The notes under the pieces were generated by a model that was given only the letters and a program-made list of their open reading frames with translations, had not been told where the DNA came from and did not search any database. Both the position numbers and the translations under genes were made by a program. From an uncultured SAR86 cluster bacterium (GTDB lineage: Bacteria > Pseudomonadota > Gammaproteobacteria > Magnimaribacterales > D2472), in assembly GCA_902509965.1 (NCBI GenBank), contig CABWZP010000004.1:165-64164 (forward strand): a DNA stretch of 64,000 nt, written 5' to 3'. Every line of letters begins with the position of its first letter. The first letter of the stretch is position 1. Below, in pieces: positions 10,714 through 19,829 of this stretch.

Positions 10714-10742
10714 TTGACATCATCCGTAGCCATTGCTACATT
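10714..10742 (+). promoter_or_regulatory. sigma70-like promoter (TTGACA-17-TACATT) containing MntR-box-like palindrome GTAGC-CATT-GCTAC (10726-10739)
   Basis: The perfect 5-4-5 inverted repeat inside the spacer resembles the enterobacterial MntR operator core CATAGC-N4-GCTATG, as I recall it. Confidence 0.45.
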
Positions 10743-10748
10743 TATACC

Positions 10749-11294
10749 GTGAAAGATTACCTTAAATATGATGACGTGAAAATTTTTAAATATGAAAATT
10801 TTTATTTATCAGTAATTTATACCATCGGGCACATATTAGTCGCCATGACATGTAATAGGATAATTACTGGGGCATCACTAGATATGGCAGCAGCTGATGC
10901 ATTAATAGAGCCTATAATCAATGGATTTTGGTTCTATTTCCTTTTAGTGTATTTAAAAAAAATATTCGTCCATAAAATTGAATCGAGTAATTCGGTATTT
11001 ATAAGCGTTAATCAAATTGGTTTTTTATTAGCATTTCTCTATACAGTTGGTCATATTCTTATTGCTATGACTTGCAATAGATTGCTGACAGGGGCATCTT
11101 TAAATCTAGCAGTTATTGATGCATTTATAGAACCTATAGTTAATGGTTTCTGGTTTTACCTGCTATTTGAATTTTTTAACAAATATAAGAAGAAGAAAAT
11201 ATCCAGTGGTTTTCAAACCTTCAGCAGCATCTCCAAATCAAGCAAAGTTTCTAGACTCGCACCATTAAATAATAAAATACATTCTGATCTTTAG
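10749..11294 (+). CDS. membrane protein with two tandem DUF2061-like repeats
   Basis: Internal duplication: YTIGHILVAMTCNRIITGASLDMAAADALIEPIINGFWFYFLL versus YTVGHILIAMTCNRLLTGASLNLAVIDAFIEPIVNGFWFYLLF. GTG start with no SD; it may be leaderless or may start at the GTG at 10776. Confidence 0.55.
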   Translation: MKDYLKYDDVKIFKYENFYLSVIYTIGHILVAMTCNRIITGASLDMAAADALIEPIINGFWFYFLLVYLKKIFVHKIESSNSVFISVNQIGFLLAFLYTVGHILIAMTCNRLLTGASLNLAVIDAFIEPIVNGFWFYLLFEFFNKYKKKKISSGFQTFSSISKSSKVSRLAPLNNKIHSDL

Positions 11295-11519
11295 AATTCT
11301 GAAGCTTTTGGTTTAAAACTGGAACTAACTAGCAATCTCCTTAAGAAGCTATGGAAACAATTTTAATTTTTAAAGCTTTACATTTACTCAATAAAGTTTT
11401 TTAATAAGTCTAATCGAGATTTGGTCCTATTGCCGCGATTTAAAATAAAGTGCTAAAACGGAATTATTCCCAGGATTAACAACTAACAAGATGAATTATT
11501 CGTCTATGGAGGATAATAA

Positions 11520-12413
11520 ATGAAACCCTTAATTTTAGACTCAGCTCTTGGTACAGAGCTTGAAAATCGTGGAGAATATCTACCAAGTTTTAAAACATCA
11601 ATTTGGTCTGCATATTCATTGATACATAATCCAGATGTAATCACCCAAATTCACATAGATAATATCGAAGCTGGAGCAGATGTTATTACAACATCAAACT
11701 ATCAAGCTACACCCGAACTTTTAAAACGAGAACCAAGTGCTCCTTCTTATGATTATTTAGCTAAACGTGCAGTTGAGTTGTGCCAAGAAGCGGTTATAAA
11801 AACTAATACAAAAACAAAAATTGCCGGGTGCTTTCCTCCTATCCATGTAACATTTAGACCAGATTTAACTTCTAAAGAAAAACATTTAAGAAAATTTTAT
11901 AAAACTCTTGGAGCAATATATCAAGATAATGTCGATGTTATCATTTGTGAAACTATGGCATCCTTATATGAAGGAACTATTGCAGCTAATACAGCAAAAG
12001 ATTTCTCTAAGACAGTTTGGTTATCTTGGACCACTAGAGGGAACAAACTTAATAGACTTCCAAGTACTGAACTTTTACATGATGTAATTTTAAAATCTAT
12101 AGACCTAGATATAGACTGTCAATTGGTTAATTGTGTCCATGCAGATACAGCAACACTTGCAATTAATAGCTTAAATAAAGAAAAAAGTTTTGGAATATAT
12201 GCTAACTCATCAATATATAAAAAAAATAAATTAGAGGGTTTTATAAGTGATTCTGATGAATGGCATTATCATAATCATAAGCATATAGATCAAGTTGAAT
12301 ATGGTAAATATGTGTCGCAATGGATTAAAGAAGGTGCATCTGTTGTTGGTGGTTGTTGTAGGACAACAACAGAACATATAAAAGTTATAAGAAAAATAAT
12401 CGATGCAATATAA
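11520..12413 (+). CDS. homocysteine S-methyltransferase family protein
   Basis: N-terminal LDSALGTELE motif and C-terminal zinc-site GGCCRTT. GGAGG SD. Confidence 0.8.
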   Translation: MKPLILDSALGTELENRGEYLPSFKTSIWSAYSLIHNPDVITQIHIDNIEAGADVITTSNYQATPELLKREPSAPSYDYLAKRAVELCQEAVIKTNTKTKIAGCFPPIHVTFRPDLTSKEKHLRKFYKTLGAIYQDNVDVIICETMASLYEGTIAANTAKDFSKTVWLSWTTRGNKLNRLPSTELLHDVILKSIDLDIDCQLVNCVHADTATLAINSLNKEKSFGIYANSSIYKKNKLEGFISDSDEWHYHNHKHIDQVEYGKYVSQWIKEGASVVGGCCRTTTEHIKVIRKIIDAI

Positions 12414-12430
12414 AGCAGATTATTAAAAAA

Positions 12431-12506
12431 GTGGTGGAGCTACGCGGGATCGAACCGCGGACCCCCTGCTTGCAAAGCAGGTGCTCTCCCAGCTGAGCTA
12501 TAGCCC
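12431..12506 (-). tRNA. tRNA-Ala (anticodon UGC)
   Basis: The reverse complement reads GGGGCTATAGCTCAGCTGGGAGAGCACCTGCTTTGCAAGCAGGGGGTCCGCGGTTCGATCCCGCGTAGCTCCACCA. It folds as a cloverleaf with the G3:U70 identity pair and an encoded CCA. Confidence 0.95.
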
Positions 12507-12570
12507 CACGAATGAGCCGTAATTGTACTTTATATGATATAAATTTGTACACTTATTATTATGAGGTGTA

Positions 12571-12607
12571 AAAAAAAAGAGTTACCTTATTAAAGGTAAC
12601 TCTTTTT
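12571..12607. terminator. bidirectional rho-independent terminator
   Basis: An 11-bp perfect stem (agagttacctt / aaggtaactct) with a 4-nt loop, flanked by an A8 run and a T5 run. It sits just past the TonB receptor stop. Confidence 0.7.
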
Positions 12608-12625
12608 ATCCTCTTCTAACTTTTA

Positions 12626-14788
12626 TTAGAAATTAATTGTGAATCCAACCTTAACTGATCTAGGTTTCTGTGATCTAGCCCCATTCTTTGGTGCTCTTGC
12701 GACTATATCAGCGTCATCACTTACATTCTCTACAACGGTATAGATAGTAACTTTATCTGTAAGTACTTGTCTTAAGCTAAGATCAACAAATGTAAATGAT
12801 TCGATGTTTTCGAATTCATCACACTGCGCTGTTGAACAAGTGCTTCCATATTTTGCAATTCTAATATCGCCACTTAAGCCTGTATCAGTAACAAAGCCTG
12901 CAACAGCAGCTAGTTGTGAGTTTGGCAGATAAGGCACATCATCGCCTGTAGCAACAGTACCAAAGTAATCTGAATCAAAACTTGATTGAAATTCAGATGA
13001 AATGTTTGCCCAAGTTAAAGCTAATGGATAAGATACGCCGTTAACACCCTCTATAAGAGTAGAGGCTTTAACTTCAAGACCGGAAACATCAACCTCTCCA
13101 CCATCAAAGGTATCACCAGCTTCACAATCTCCGCCGCTAGAATTTTTACATTCTCCAACAAGATTTGCGTAATCGCTTGAGAAGTACATGACTTCAAGAG
13201 CAGTAACATCCTTGTTATATCTGAATCCGAGCTCTAAGTTATCAGCCTCTTCAGCATTACCACCAAATACAGGCGACATTCCCTGATGGAAACCGGCAAC
13301 TAGTTTTAAGTTTTCATTCATATCATATGTTGCGCCAACTCCTGTTGTTGAATAATCTCCTGAGGAGTATTTAGGATAGCTTGAATTAGGCATTGTTCTT
13401 GTTGGAACTCCGTCATCCCATCTCATTTCAACTTTATCGAATTCTTCAGATCTGTGTCCAACAGTTATAGCAAGATCTCCCATGGTGAAAGTGTCTTGTA
13501 CAAACCATGATGTTGCTGTTGTAGTTCTTAATCTATTATTGCTTCCAGTATAGCCTGTAGAACATGAAACTAATGGTGTAAGACCACCCAGAGATGTCTG
13601 ATCAGTACATTCATAGCTTTGCAATCTGCTTTCAGAATCTTCCATATCTCTATAACCAACTAATAATGAGTGATTACCAATATCCTTAGAAATATTAAAT
13701 TGAGTTCCTTCATTAGTATAGAATCTATTGTTATGCTTTAACTTTACCGTTACAGCTAATGATCCATCAAGAATTGCTTGAGCATTGGCATCACCAGCAT
13801 TTGCAGCAGCAATAACCTCATCAATACCATCTTCTACTCCATGAGCTTTTGTACTATTAGCTTTATCTACTTTGAACCAATCTCTATGATAATCATTACT
13901 CCATGTAGTTGCTGTAACTTTAAAACCTTCAAAGTCACCAACGTAAGTTAAAGAAGTCTGGTCACCATCGTTATTCATAACATCATATTTAGTCATGCCA
14001 TATCTTTGTCTTGGATTTCTATCAAAACTAGATTGAGTAAGTCCTACGTATGTTTGATTTGACATCTCATCAACATCGAGAAGCTTAAGAGTTAATTCAT
14101 GAGCACCTGATGTATAACGTAACTTAGCGAGGACATCTGATTTATCAAAACCAGTATCTCCACCTACATTAGCGATAGAATCAAACCCATCTGCACTATG
14201 CTCATGCACTTCAACCATTCCAGACATTTTCTCAGCATTAAAACCAAGTGTCATATGAGTTCTAGAAAGACCATCACTACCCATTTCTTGAGTAACAAAA
14301 CCACCATTAGCTTCAGGAATAGGAGTACTAATCATATTAATAGCTCCACCAATTGTAGATGGCCCCTGAGTAATTGCTGCTGGTCCTTTAAGAACTTCAA
14401 CAGCATGAATTCTTCCAGTAGTTGGGAAATAATATGCTGATGCAGATGTATATGGAGCTGGAGCAATCAGAACTCCATCTTCCATTAAGGTAACTTTACC
14501 AGATCTATCAGGAGCAGTACCTCTGATAGATATATTTGGTCTAAGACCATACCCATCTTCAGTTCTTACGTATACTCCAGGCACAGCTGATAAAATTTTA
14601 TGTATATCAGTATCAACCAATTTAGCAAGATCTTCATTAGAAAGAACTGTTGCAGAACCTGCTACATCCTCCTGAGACCCTACTATAGTAACAGTTTCAA
14701 CTGTATTCATTTCCATTTCAGCATAAGCGCTTAAGCTAAATAATGCCAAGAAAGCAAATGAATTTAAGACTTTAATATTAATACTCAT
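12626..14788 (-). CDS. TonB-dependent outer-membrane receptor (iron/siderophore type inferred from Fur box)
   Basis: Signal peptide, plug domain (TVTIVGSQED..., RGTAPDRSGKVTLMEDGV) and a C-terminal Phe (TINF). I place the start at the ATG at 14788, 8 nt after GGAG. Confidence 0.9.
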   Translation of the reverse strand: MSINIKVLNSFAFLALFSLSAYAEMEMNTVETVTIVGSQEDVAGSATVLSNEDLAKLVDTDIHKILSAVPGVYVRTEDGYGLRPNISIRGTAPDRSGKVTLMEDGVLIAPAPYTSASAYYFPTTGRIHAVEVLKGPAAITQGPSTIGGAINMISTPIPEANGGFVTQEMGSDGLSRTHMTLGFNAEKMSGMVEVHEHSADGFDSIANVGGDTGFDKSDVLAKLRYTSGAHELTLKLLDVDEMSNQTYVGLTQSSFDRNPRQRYGMTKYDVMNNDGDQTSLTYVGDFEGFKVTATTWSNDYHRDWFKVDKANSTKAHGVEDGIDEVIAAANAGDANAQAILDGSLAVTVKLKHNNRFYTNEGTQFNISKDIGNHSLLVGYRDMEDSESRLQSYECTDQTSLGGLTPLVSCSTGYTGSNNRLRTTTATSWFVQDTFTMGDLAITVGHRSEEFDKVEMRWDDGVPTRTMPNSSYPKYSSGDYSTTGVGATYDMNENLKLVAGFHQGMSPVFGGNAEEADNLELGFRYNKDVTALEVMYFSSDYANLVGECKNSSGGDCEAGDTFDGGEVDVSGLEVKASTLIEGVNGVSYPLALTWANISSEFQSSFDSDYFGTVATGDDVPYLPNSQLAAVAGFVTDTGLSGDIRIAKYGSTCSTAQCDEFENIESFTFVDLSLRQVLTDKVTIYTVVENVSDDADIVARAPKNGARSQKPRSVKVGFTINF

Positions 14789-14824
14789 AAATAACACTCC
14801 ATATATGTTCGGTTAGATTTGTGA

Positions 14825-14853
14825 ATGATAATGATTATCATTTAGATTTACAA
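14825..14853 (-). promoter_or_regulatory. Fur box (perfect TGATAATGATTATCA, 14826-14840) overlapping promoter TTGTAA-17-TATCAT
   Basis: A perfect 7-1-7 Fur palindrome. The -35 element is at 14853-14848 and the -10 at 14830-14825 on the minus strand, about 40 nt upstream of the receptor start. Confidence 0.8.
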
Positions 14854-14922
14854 GTATTTATATATAATTATTTATAGGCAAAAGTATATGCAATACATAA
14901 AGAATCTATATACAAAGAGGAT

Positions 14923-15351
14923 TTAAGTTTTGGAATTGCCTCTGATAGCAAAATATAAACCTAAGGTAAATAGGAATATTTGCTCAGATTTAAATAACCT
15001 TGGAGTTATGAACCATTCAGGATGTCCTAAATAAAAAGCTCCAATCATAATTACAACAACAGCTCCGCCTGAAAGCCTTGTAATTAAATTACCTAAATTG
15101 TTTGCAAAGAAACCTCCTAAGATAATTCCTACCCCAGCTGCCATCTCACCAATTGATACAGCAGAAGCTACAACATCAGGAGCTGGCATTCCCCCACTCT
15201 CAAACCACTTAACAAGATTTTGAGGAGGTAAAGGCAATTTACCATAACCATGAAGAAAGAAACTAATCCCTAAAGAAAGTCTAAGCAACCAAGGCGTTAT
15301 TCCAAGAAAGGGTTTTGCTATTGAGTCTAGGGTTTTATTTAAAGTATTCAT
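14923..15351 (-). CDS. DoxX-family membrane protein
   Basis: Four predicted TM helices. LRLSLGISFFLHGYGKL is typical of DoxX. Confidence 0.65.
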   Translation of the reverse strand: MNTLNKTLDSIAKPFLGITPWLLRLSLGISFFLHGYGKLPLPPQNLVKWFESGGMPAPDVVASAVSIGEMAAGVGIILGGFFANNLGNLITRLSGGAVVVIMIGAFYLGHPEWFITPRLFKSEQIFLFTLGLYFAIRGNSKT

Positions 15352-15392
15352 GTAATCAGTTTATTTAAAAATAGTAAATGAAGCAATTTCTT

Positions 15393-16697
15393 TTACTGAA
15401 TAAAAGGATCGCTATCATCTATCAAATTAAAGCCTTTCATATCAGTAAATCTATTTAATTCATCATTTCCAATATTAATAAAAGCATACATTAGTCCCGT
15501 TTCGCTTATTTTTTCTTTTAGAATGCATCCCATGCTATAAAGTTTTGACCTAATAATACCCAAATCTGCATCTAAAGAGATCCATCCTCTGTAAATGCCT
15601 TCAAACAGAGTATTGCTTATAGACTCTCTTAATTCCTCTAATCCTTTATTTTTTTCAGCCGAGATCCATATCTGTCTTCCTTCAATATCAGACCTGGATT
15701 CAAAATCTTTATAACCCTTTAAATCACTTTTATTGTTAATTCTAATTTGAGGAATTTTAGCGATGCCTAGCTCTTCTAACAATATATCTACCTGAGAAAC
15801 TTTGAATCTATAATCAGGGTCTGAAATATCTACTACGTGAAGTAATAAATCTGCAGATTTAAGTTCGTCTAAAGTTCCTTTAAAGGATTCAATTAGTTGA
15901 GTTGGAAGATCTGAAATAAATCCTACTGTGTCTGAAAATAAAATAGAACTAAGCTCCGGATCAATATTTTTTCTTGTAACAGAATCTAATGTTGCAAAGA
16001 GTTTATCTGCAGCGTATTGCTCGTTATCTGTAAGTCTATTAAATAATGTTGTTTTGCCTGCGTTAGTATAACCAACTAAAGCAACCAGCTTGTTACGACT
16101 CTTCATTCTTGAGTACTGATTAATCTTCTTTTGTTTATGACTTTTATCTAATCTAGCTTTAATTGTCTTAATTCTGTTATTTATTAACCTTTTGTCAGTC
16201 TCTAGCTGAGTTTCACCTGGGCCACGAAGCCCAATTCCCCCTTTTTGTCTTTCTAAATGAGTCCAAGCCCTAATCAATCTAGTCGATAGATGGGTTAGCT
16301 GAGCTAACTCAACCTGTAGTTTACCAATATGGGTCGATGCTCTTGATGCAAAAATGTCTAAAATTAGCCCAGTCCTGTCAACCACCCTGACATTAAATGC
16401 ATTCTCTAGATTTCTTTCTTGTGAGGGGGAAAGTGTATGGTTAAAAATTACAATTTCAGCACAAGTTTCCTCGACTGATCTTTTGATTTCTTCAATTTTT
16501 CCCTTCTTTAGAAAATGACTGGCCAGTGGCGCATCTTGCTTACCAGAAATTTCATCTAGTATCTCAACACCAGAGGATCTTGATAAATCTTTAAATTCGG
16601 CGAAGGCGTTAATTGCAGACTGATCTTTTTGTAAAGAAGTTACTTCCATTTGTACAATAATTGCTTTTTGTGGAGTTGATATTGGAACTTCAATCAT
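15393..16697 (-). CDS. hflX: GTPase HflX
   Basis: HflX N-terminal domain plus the G-domain motifs GYTNAGKTTLFN and DTVGF. Confidence 0.9.
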   Translation of the reverse strand: MIEVPISTPQKAIIVQMEVTSLQKDQSAINAFAEFKDLSRSSGVEILDEISGKQDAPLASHFLKKGKIEEIKRSVEETCAEIVIFNHTLSPSQERNLENAFNVRVVDRTGLILDIFASRASTHIGKLQVELAQLTHLSTRLIRAWTHLERQKGGIGLRGPGETQLETDKRLINNRIKTIKARLDKSHKQKKINQYSRMKSRNKLVALVGYTNAGKTTLFNRLTDNEQYAADKLFATLDSVTRKNIDPELSSILFSDTVGFISDLPTQLIESFKGTLDELKSADLLLHVVDISDPDYRFKVSQVDILLEELGIAKIPQIRINNKSDLKGYKDFESRSDIEGRQIWISAEKNKGLEELRESISNTLFEGIYRGWISLDADLGIIRSKLYSMGCILKEKISETGLMYAFINIGNDELNRFTDMKGFNLIDDSDPFIQ

Positions 16698-16952
16698 ATA
16701 TTGACTTCATTGTAGAACCTTTATTAGATTTTTTGCTATTATATTTAAGTAAGCATTGATTTTTAATGCTTAGGGAGCTATTAATTAATAAAGCAGAGCG
16801 TTTAGCAAACTCAGAACAAGCTAGCAAAAAGCGAAGATCAATTAAGAAAATTGTTTCAGAACAAAAAGAGAATCTATATAGAAAAATAAGAAAAGCAAAG
16901 AAGAAAAGAATTTAATCTTAGATTTTTTATAATTTACTTTTTGTAGCTGGCT

Positions 16953-17702
16953 TTAAATGATCCAAGGCAATATTGCCTTTCTGGATGCAGGATACTCTTT
17001 AAATTCCTTTTTATACCACTTGTGATTAGCAATAGCTCTTGGAAAAAGGTTGGCAAAAGTCCATACGAAAAATATAAATCCTGATAGGCTAAAGGTAAGG
17101 ATAGCCCAGCCCATCCACTCTAATAGCTCGCCAAAATAATTTGGAGATGAAATTCGTTTAAACAAAAAACTATTTGGAATATGGTAACCAGGGCCTTTTT
17201 CTTTTCTTAAATTAATTAAAATATAATCTGAGCGAATATTTATATATAGCCCAATAATAAAAATACATATCCCAAAAATAAACACTGGGGAACTTAGCCA
17301 GTCTAGAGAGTAGCTAGCGAAATAAAAAATCCAGTAACCTTGAATAGAAACATTGATAATGTTGAAAAAGAAAGCTGACAAAGCTATGGTTAAAGGCATT
17401 TCTTTACCAGTCATGTTAACTCTATAAGGCCAAATTAAAGTTCTGTGAACATAATGAGTCATCCAAAGAGTTAAAAAGATGCCTGAAACTAGATTTAATG
17501 ATTCCCAAGCACCTGCAGCCAATATAAGCATTAAAAATACACATGGAGATTCCATAAAAACCCAGCCAAACCTTGCAGATACATTGGGTCCCCAACCATC
17601 CTTAAGATGTCTTCCATATGGAGCAACTACGTAAAAAAGAGAAAAGAATATAACTATAGCTATAGCAATCCAAGCTATTGAGAATATATTAAATGAGCTC
17701 AT
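16953..17702 (-). CDS. steroid 5-alpha-reductase / DUF1295 family membrane protein
   Basis: Polytopic membrane protein with the C-terminal NYFGELLEWMGWAI motif. Confidence 0.65.
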   Translation of the reverse strand: MSSFNIFSIAWIAIAIVIFFSLFYVVAPYGRHLKDGWGPNVSARFGWVFMESPCVFLMLILAAGAWESLNLVSGIFLTLWMTHYVHRTLIWPYRVNMTGKEMPLTIALSAFFFNIINVSIQGYWIFYFASYSLDWLSSPVFIFGICIFIIGLYINIRSDYILINLRKEKGPGYHIPNSFLFKRISSPNYFGELLEWMGWAILTFSLSGFIFFVWTFANLFPRAIANHKWYKKEFKEYPASRKAILPWII

Positions 17703-17707
17703 TTGAT

Positions 17708-18097
17708 CTAGATTCCTCCGGTAAGAGAAGAGGAGTAAATAACAATAAATCCAATTATAGCTAAAGTCGGAATTGATATAAGATCAAGGATATTATCTTG
17801 CGATGTCATGCCTTTAATTTCTTCAAGCGAGGAATAAAACTCTTTAGAATTAAACAATAAGGTATAGGCTCCATATGCATGACCCAGCATTACTAGCCCC
17901 ACAATCCAATTAAGTGGTGAGCTGTTTAATAAAACAAAACCATTAATAAAGACAAAGAAAAACTCAGATTGCAGATATGTATTTTTATTTTTAGGTAATG
18001 CTATCCAATTTGAAAAACTGTAATTAAATGTTAAAAGAAGTAGTTGCAGAATAGCTAAAAATAAGTAGATATAGCCTAAAATTATAGTCACGTGCAA
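17708..18097 (-). CDS. hypothetical membrane protein
   Basis: About four hydrophobic helices. Tightly packed, 5 nt upstream of the DUF1295 gene. No motif recognised. Confidence 0.45.
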   Translation of the reverse strand: MHVTIILGYIYLFLAILQLLLLTFNYSFSNWIALPKNKNTYLQSEFFFVFINGFVLLNSSPLNWIVGLVMLGHAYGAYTLLFNSKEFYSSLEEIKGMTSQDNILDLISIPTLAIIGFIVIYSSSLTGGI

Positions 18098-18157
18098 AAT
18101 TTTACATCTTTGTTGGTATATTATCTAATAGTTAAACAAATAGGTTAGGGACAATAC

Positions 18158-19270
18158 ATGAAAGTATTATGTTTAGGCGGCAGCGGCGGCATGGGAAGGT
18201 ACGCCACTAAAGCTATTGCTGATTTCGAAGAATTAGAGGCAATTACAATTGCAGATTTAAATAAAGATGCTGCCGAAGAATTTGCAAAATCATTTGATGC
18301 AAAGGTTCAAGGAATTGGTCTTGATGTGACAGATACTAAAAATTTAGCAGAGGCTCTTAAGGCGCATGATTTAGTTCTTAACACTACAGGTCCATTTTTT
18401 ATGTTTGGGGTCCCTATCTTAAAAGCTGCTATTGAAAATAATTGTCACTACATAGATATTTGTGATGACTGGGAGCCAACCGAAGAAATGCTTAAACTTG
18501 ATTCACATGCAAAAGATGTTGGAATTTCAGCAATTATTGGCTTAGGTGCAAGCCCTGGTATTACTAATTTAATGGGTCTAGTTGCTATGGAAGAATTAGA
18601 TTCAGTAGATACTGTTATAACAGGGTGGGATTTAAGTAGTGTAAATCCTGCAGAAGAATCATCTCAAACAGGAACGAATGCAGCAATGATTCATGGTATT
18701 CAGCAAATGACTGGTAAAGTAAAAATATTCGAGGATGGTCAACTCAGTATGGTTCAATCGCTTAAGGAGCTTAAGATTAACTATCCAGGTAAGGGTATTT
18801 ATAAAGCAAATATTTTTGGGCATCCAGAGGCAATATCATTTCCATATCATTTTCCAACAATAAAAAATTCATTCAATGTTGCCCATGGAAGCAAAAAAAT
18901 AGACATCTTTATAATAAAAATTATCTTATGGCTTTCAGAAAAGAATATTATTTCACAAGATAAAGCTGCAAATATTTTTCATTGGTTAGAAACGCAAACA
19001 AATAGACCGAGTTTTAGTTCTAAAAAAGCAGGTTTGCCCGCAATTTATGGTCTTGCCCATGGAATAAAAAATGGAAGCGCTGCTTCAGTTGGAGTAACTT
19101 TTAGTGCCAATAACTTAGAAAAGGAAGTTAGTATGGGGGAAGCAACAGGTCATCCTTTAGCATTAGGGTTAAAACTTTTCCTTCAAGGAAAAATTAATAA
19201 ACCAGGTGTCTTTGCTCCTGAAGGTGGAGTAATAGATACCCAAGATTTTTTAATGCATATGCAGAACTAG
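18158..19270 (+). CDS. saccharopine dehydrogenase-like NAD(P)-binding protein
   Basis: N-terminal Rossmann motif MKVLCLGGSGGMG and the family-typical GASPGITN. Confidence 0.65.
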   Translation: MKVLCLGGSGGMGRYATKAIADFEELEAITIADLNKDAAEEFAKSFDAKVQGIGLDVTDTKNLAEALKAHDLVLNTTGPFFMFGVPILKAAIENNCHYIDICDDWEPTEEMLKLDSHAKDVGISAIIGLGASPGITNLMGLVAMEELDSVDTVITGWDLSSVNPAEESSQTGTNAAMIHGIQQMTGKVKIFEDGQLSMVQSLKELKINYPGKGIYKANIFGHPEAISFPYHFPTIKNSFNVAHGSKKIDIFIIKIILWLSEKNIISQDKAANIFHWLETQTNRPSFSSKKAGLPAIYGLAHGIKNGSAASVGVTFSANNLEKEVSMGEATGHPLALGLKLFLQGKINKPGVFAPEGGVIDTQDFLMHMQN

Positions 19271-19304
19271 AGGGTCTTGAAAAAGGTCTAGATATATCGA
19301 GATC

Positions 19305-19829
19305 GTGGGAAATATAGTTTTGAATAAAGATAAAATTAATATTTCACTCATAGGTATGCCTGGAGCAGGTAAAACAACTATTGGCAAAGTATTAGCTTCA
19401 AAATTAAGCCTTAAGTTTATAGATAGTGATCATTTGATTGAAAAAAGGAATAATCAATCTATTCAAGACATCTTGGATTCTGAGGGACACGAAGAACTTC
19501 GGTTAAAAGAAGAAGAAGTTATCTTAAGTTGTTGTCTAAATAGTGCTATTTTAGCAACTGGGGGTAGCGCAGTTTATAGCGATAAAGCAATGAGCTTTTT
19601 AAAAAATAATTCAATTGTTATTTATTTAGATATTCCAATAATTTCAGTCATGCAAAGAGTCGGTGATTACTCAAATAGAGGTTTCGCAGAACCAAACGGA
19701 AAGTCGCCACAGGATGTTTTCGATCAAAGAACGGTCTTGTATGAAAAATGGTCTCATTTAACAATAGATGGAACCCATGATGTAGATACTGTTGCTGAGA
19801 AGATTATCAAAGCTGTTTTGAATAATTAA
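19305..19829 (+). CDS. aroK: shikimate kinase family protein
   Basis: P-loop GMPGAGKTTIGK, followed by DSD and ATGGSAV motifs. GTG start. Not adjacent to aroB. Confidence 0.7.
   Translation: MGNIVLNKDKINISLIGMPGAGKTTIGKVLASKLSLKFIDSDHLIEKRNNQSIQDILDSEGHEELRLKEEEVILSCCLNSAILATGGSAVYSDKAMSFLKNNSIVIYLDIPIISVMQRVGDYSNRGFAEPNGKSPQDVFDQRTVLYEKWSHLTIDGTHDVDTVAEKIIKAVLNN

Noticed and set aside
16766-16915. A 49-aa Lys/Arg-rich ORF (MLRELLINKAERLANSEQASKKRRSIKKIVSEQKENLYRKIRKAKKKRI) in the hflX upstream spacer.
   Set aside because: There is no Shine-Dalgarno sequence, and the ATG sits inside the 3' arm of a hairpin. A-rich DNA readily yields Lys-rich open frames by chance, and no family is recognised. 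It is not reported as a feature.
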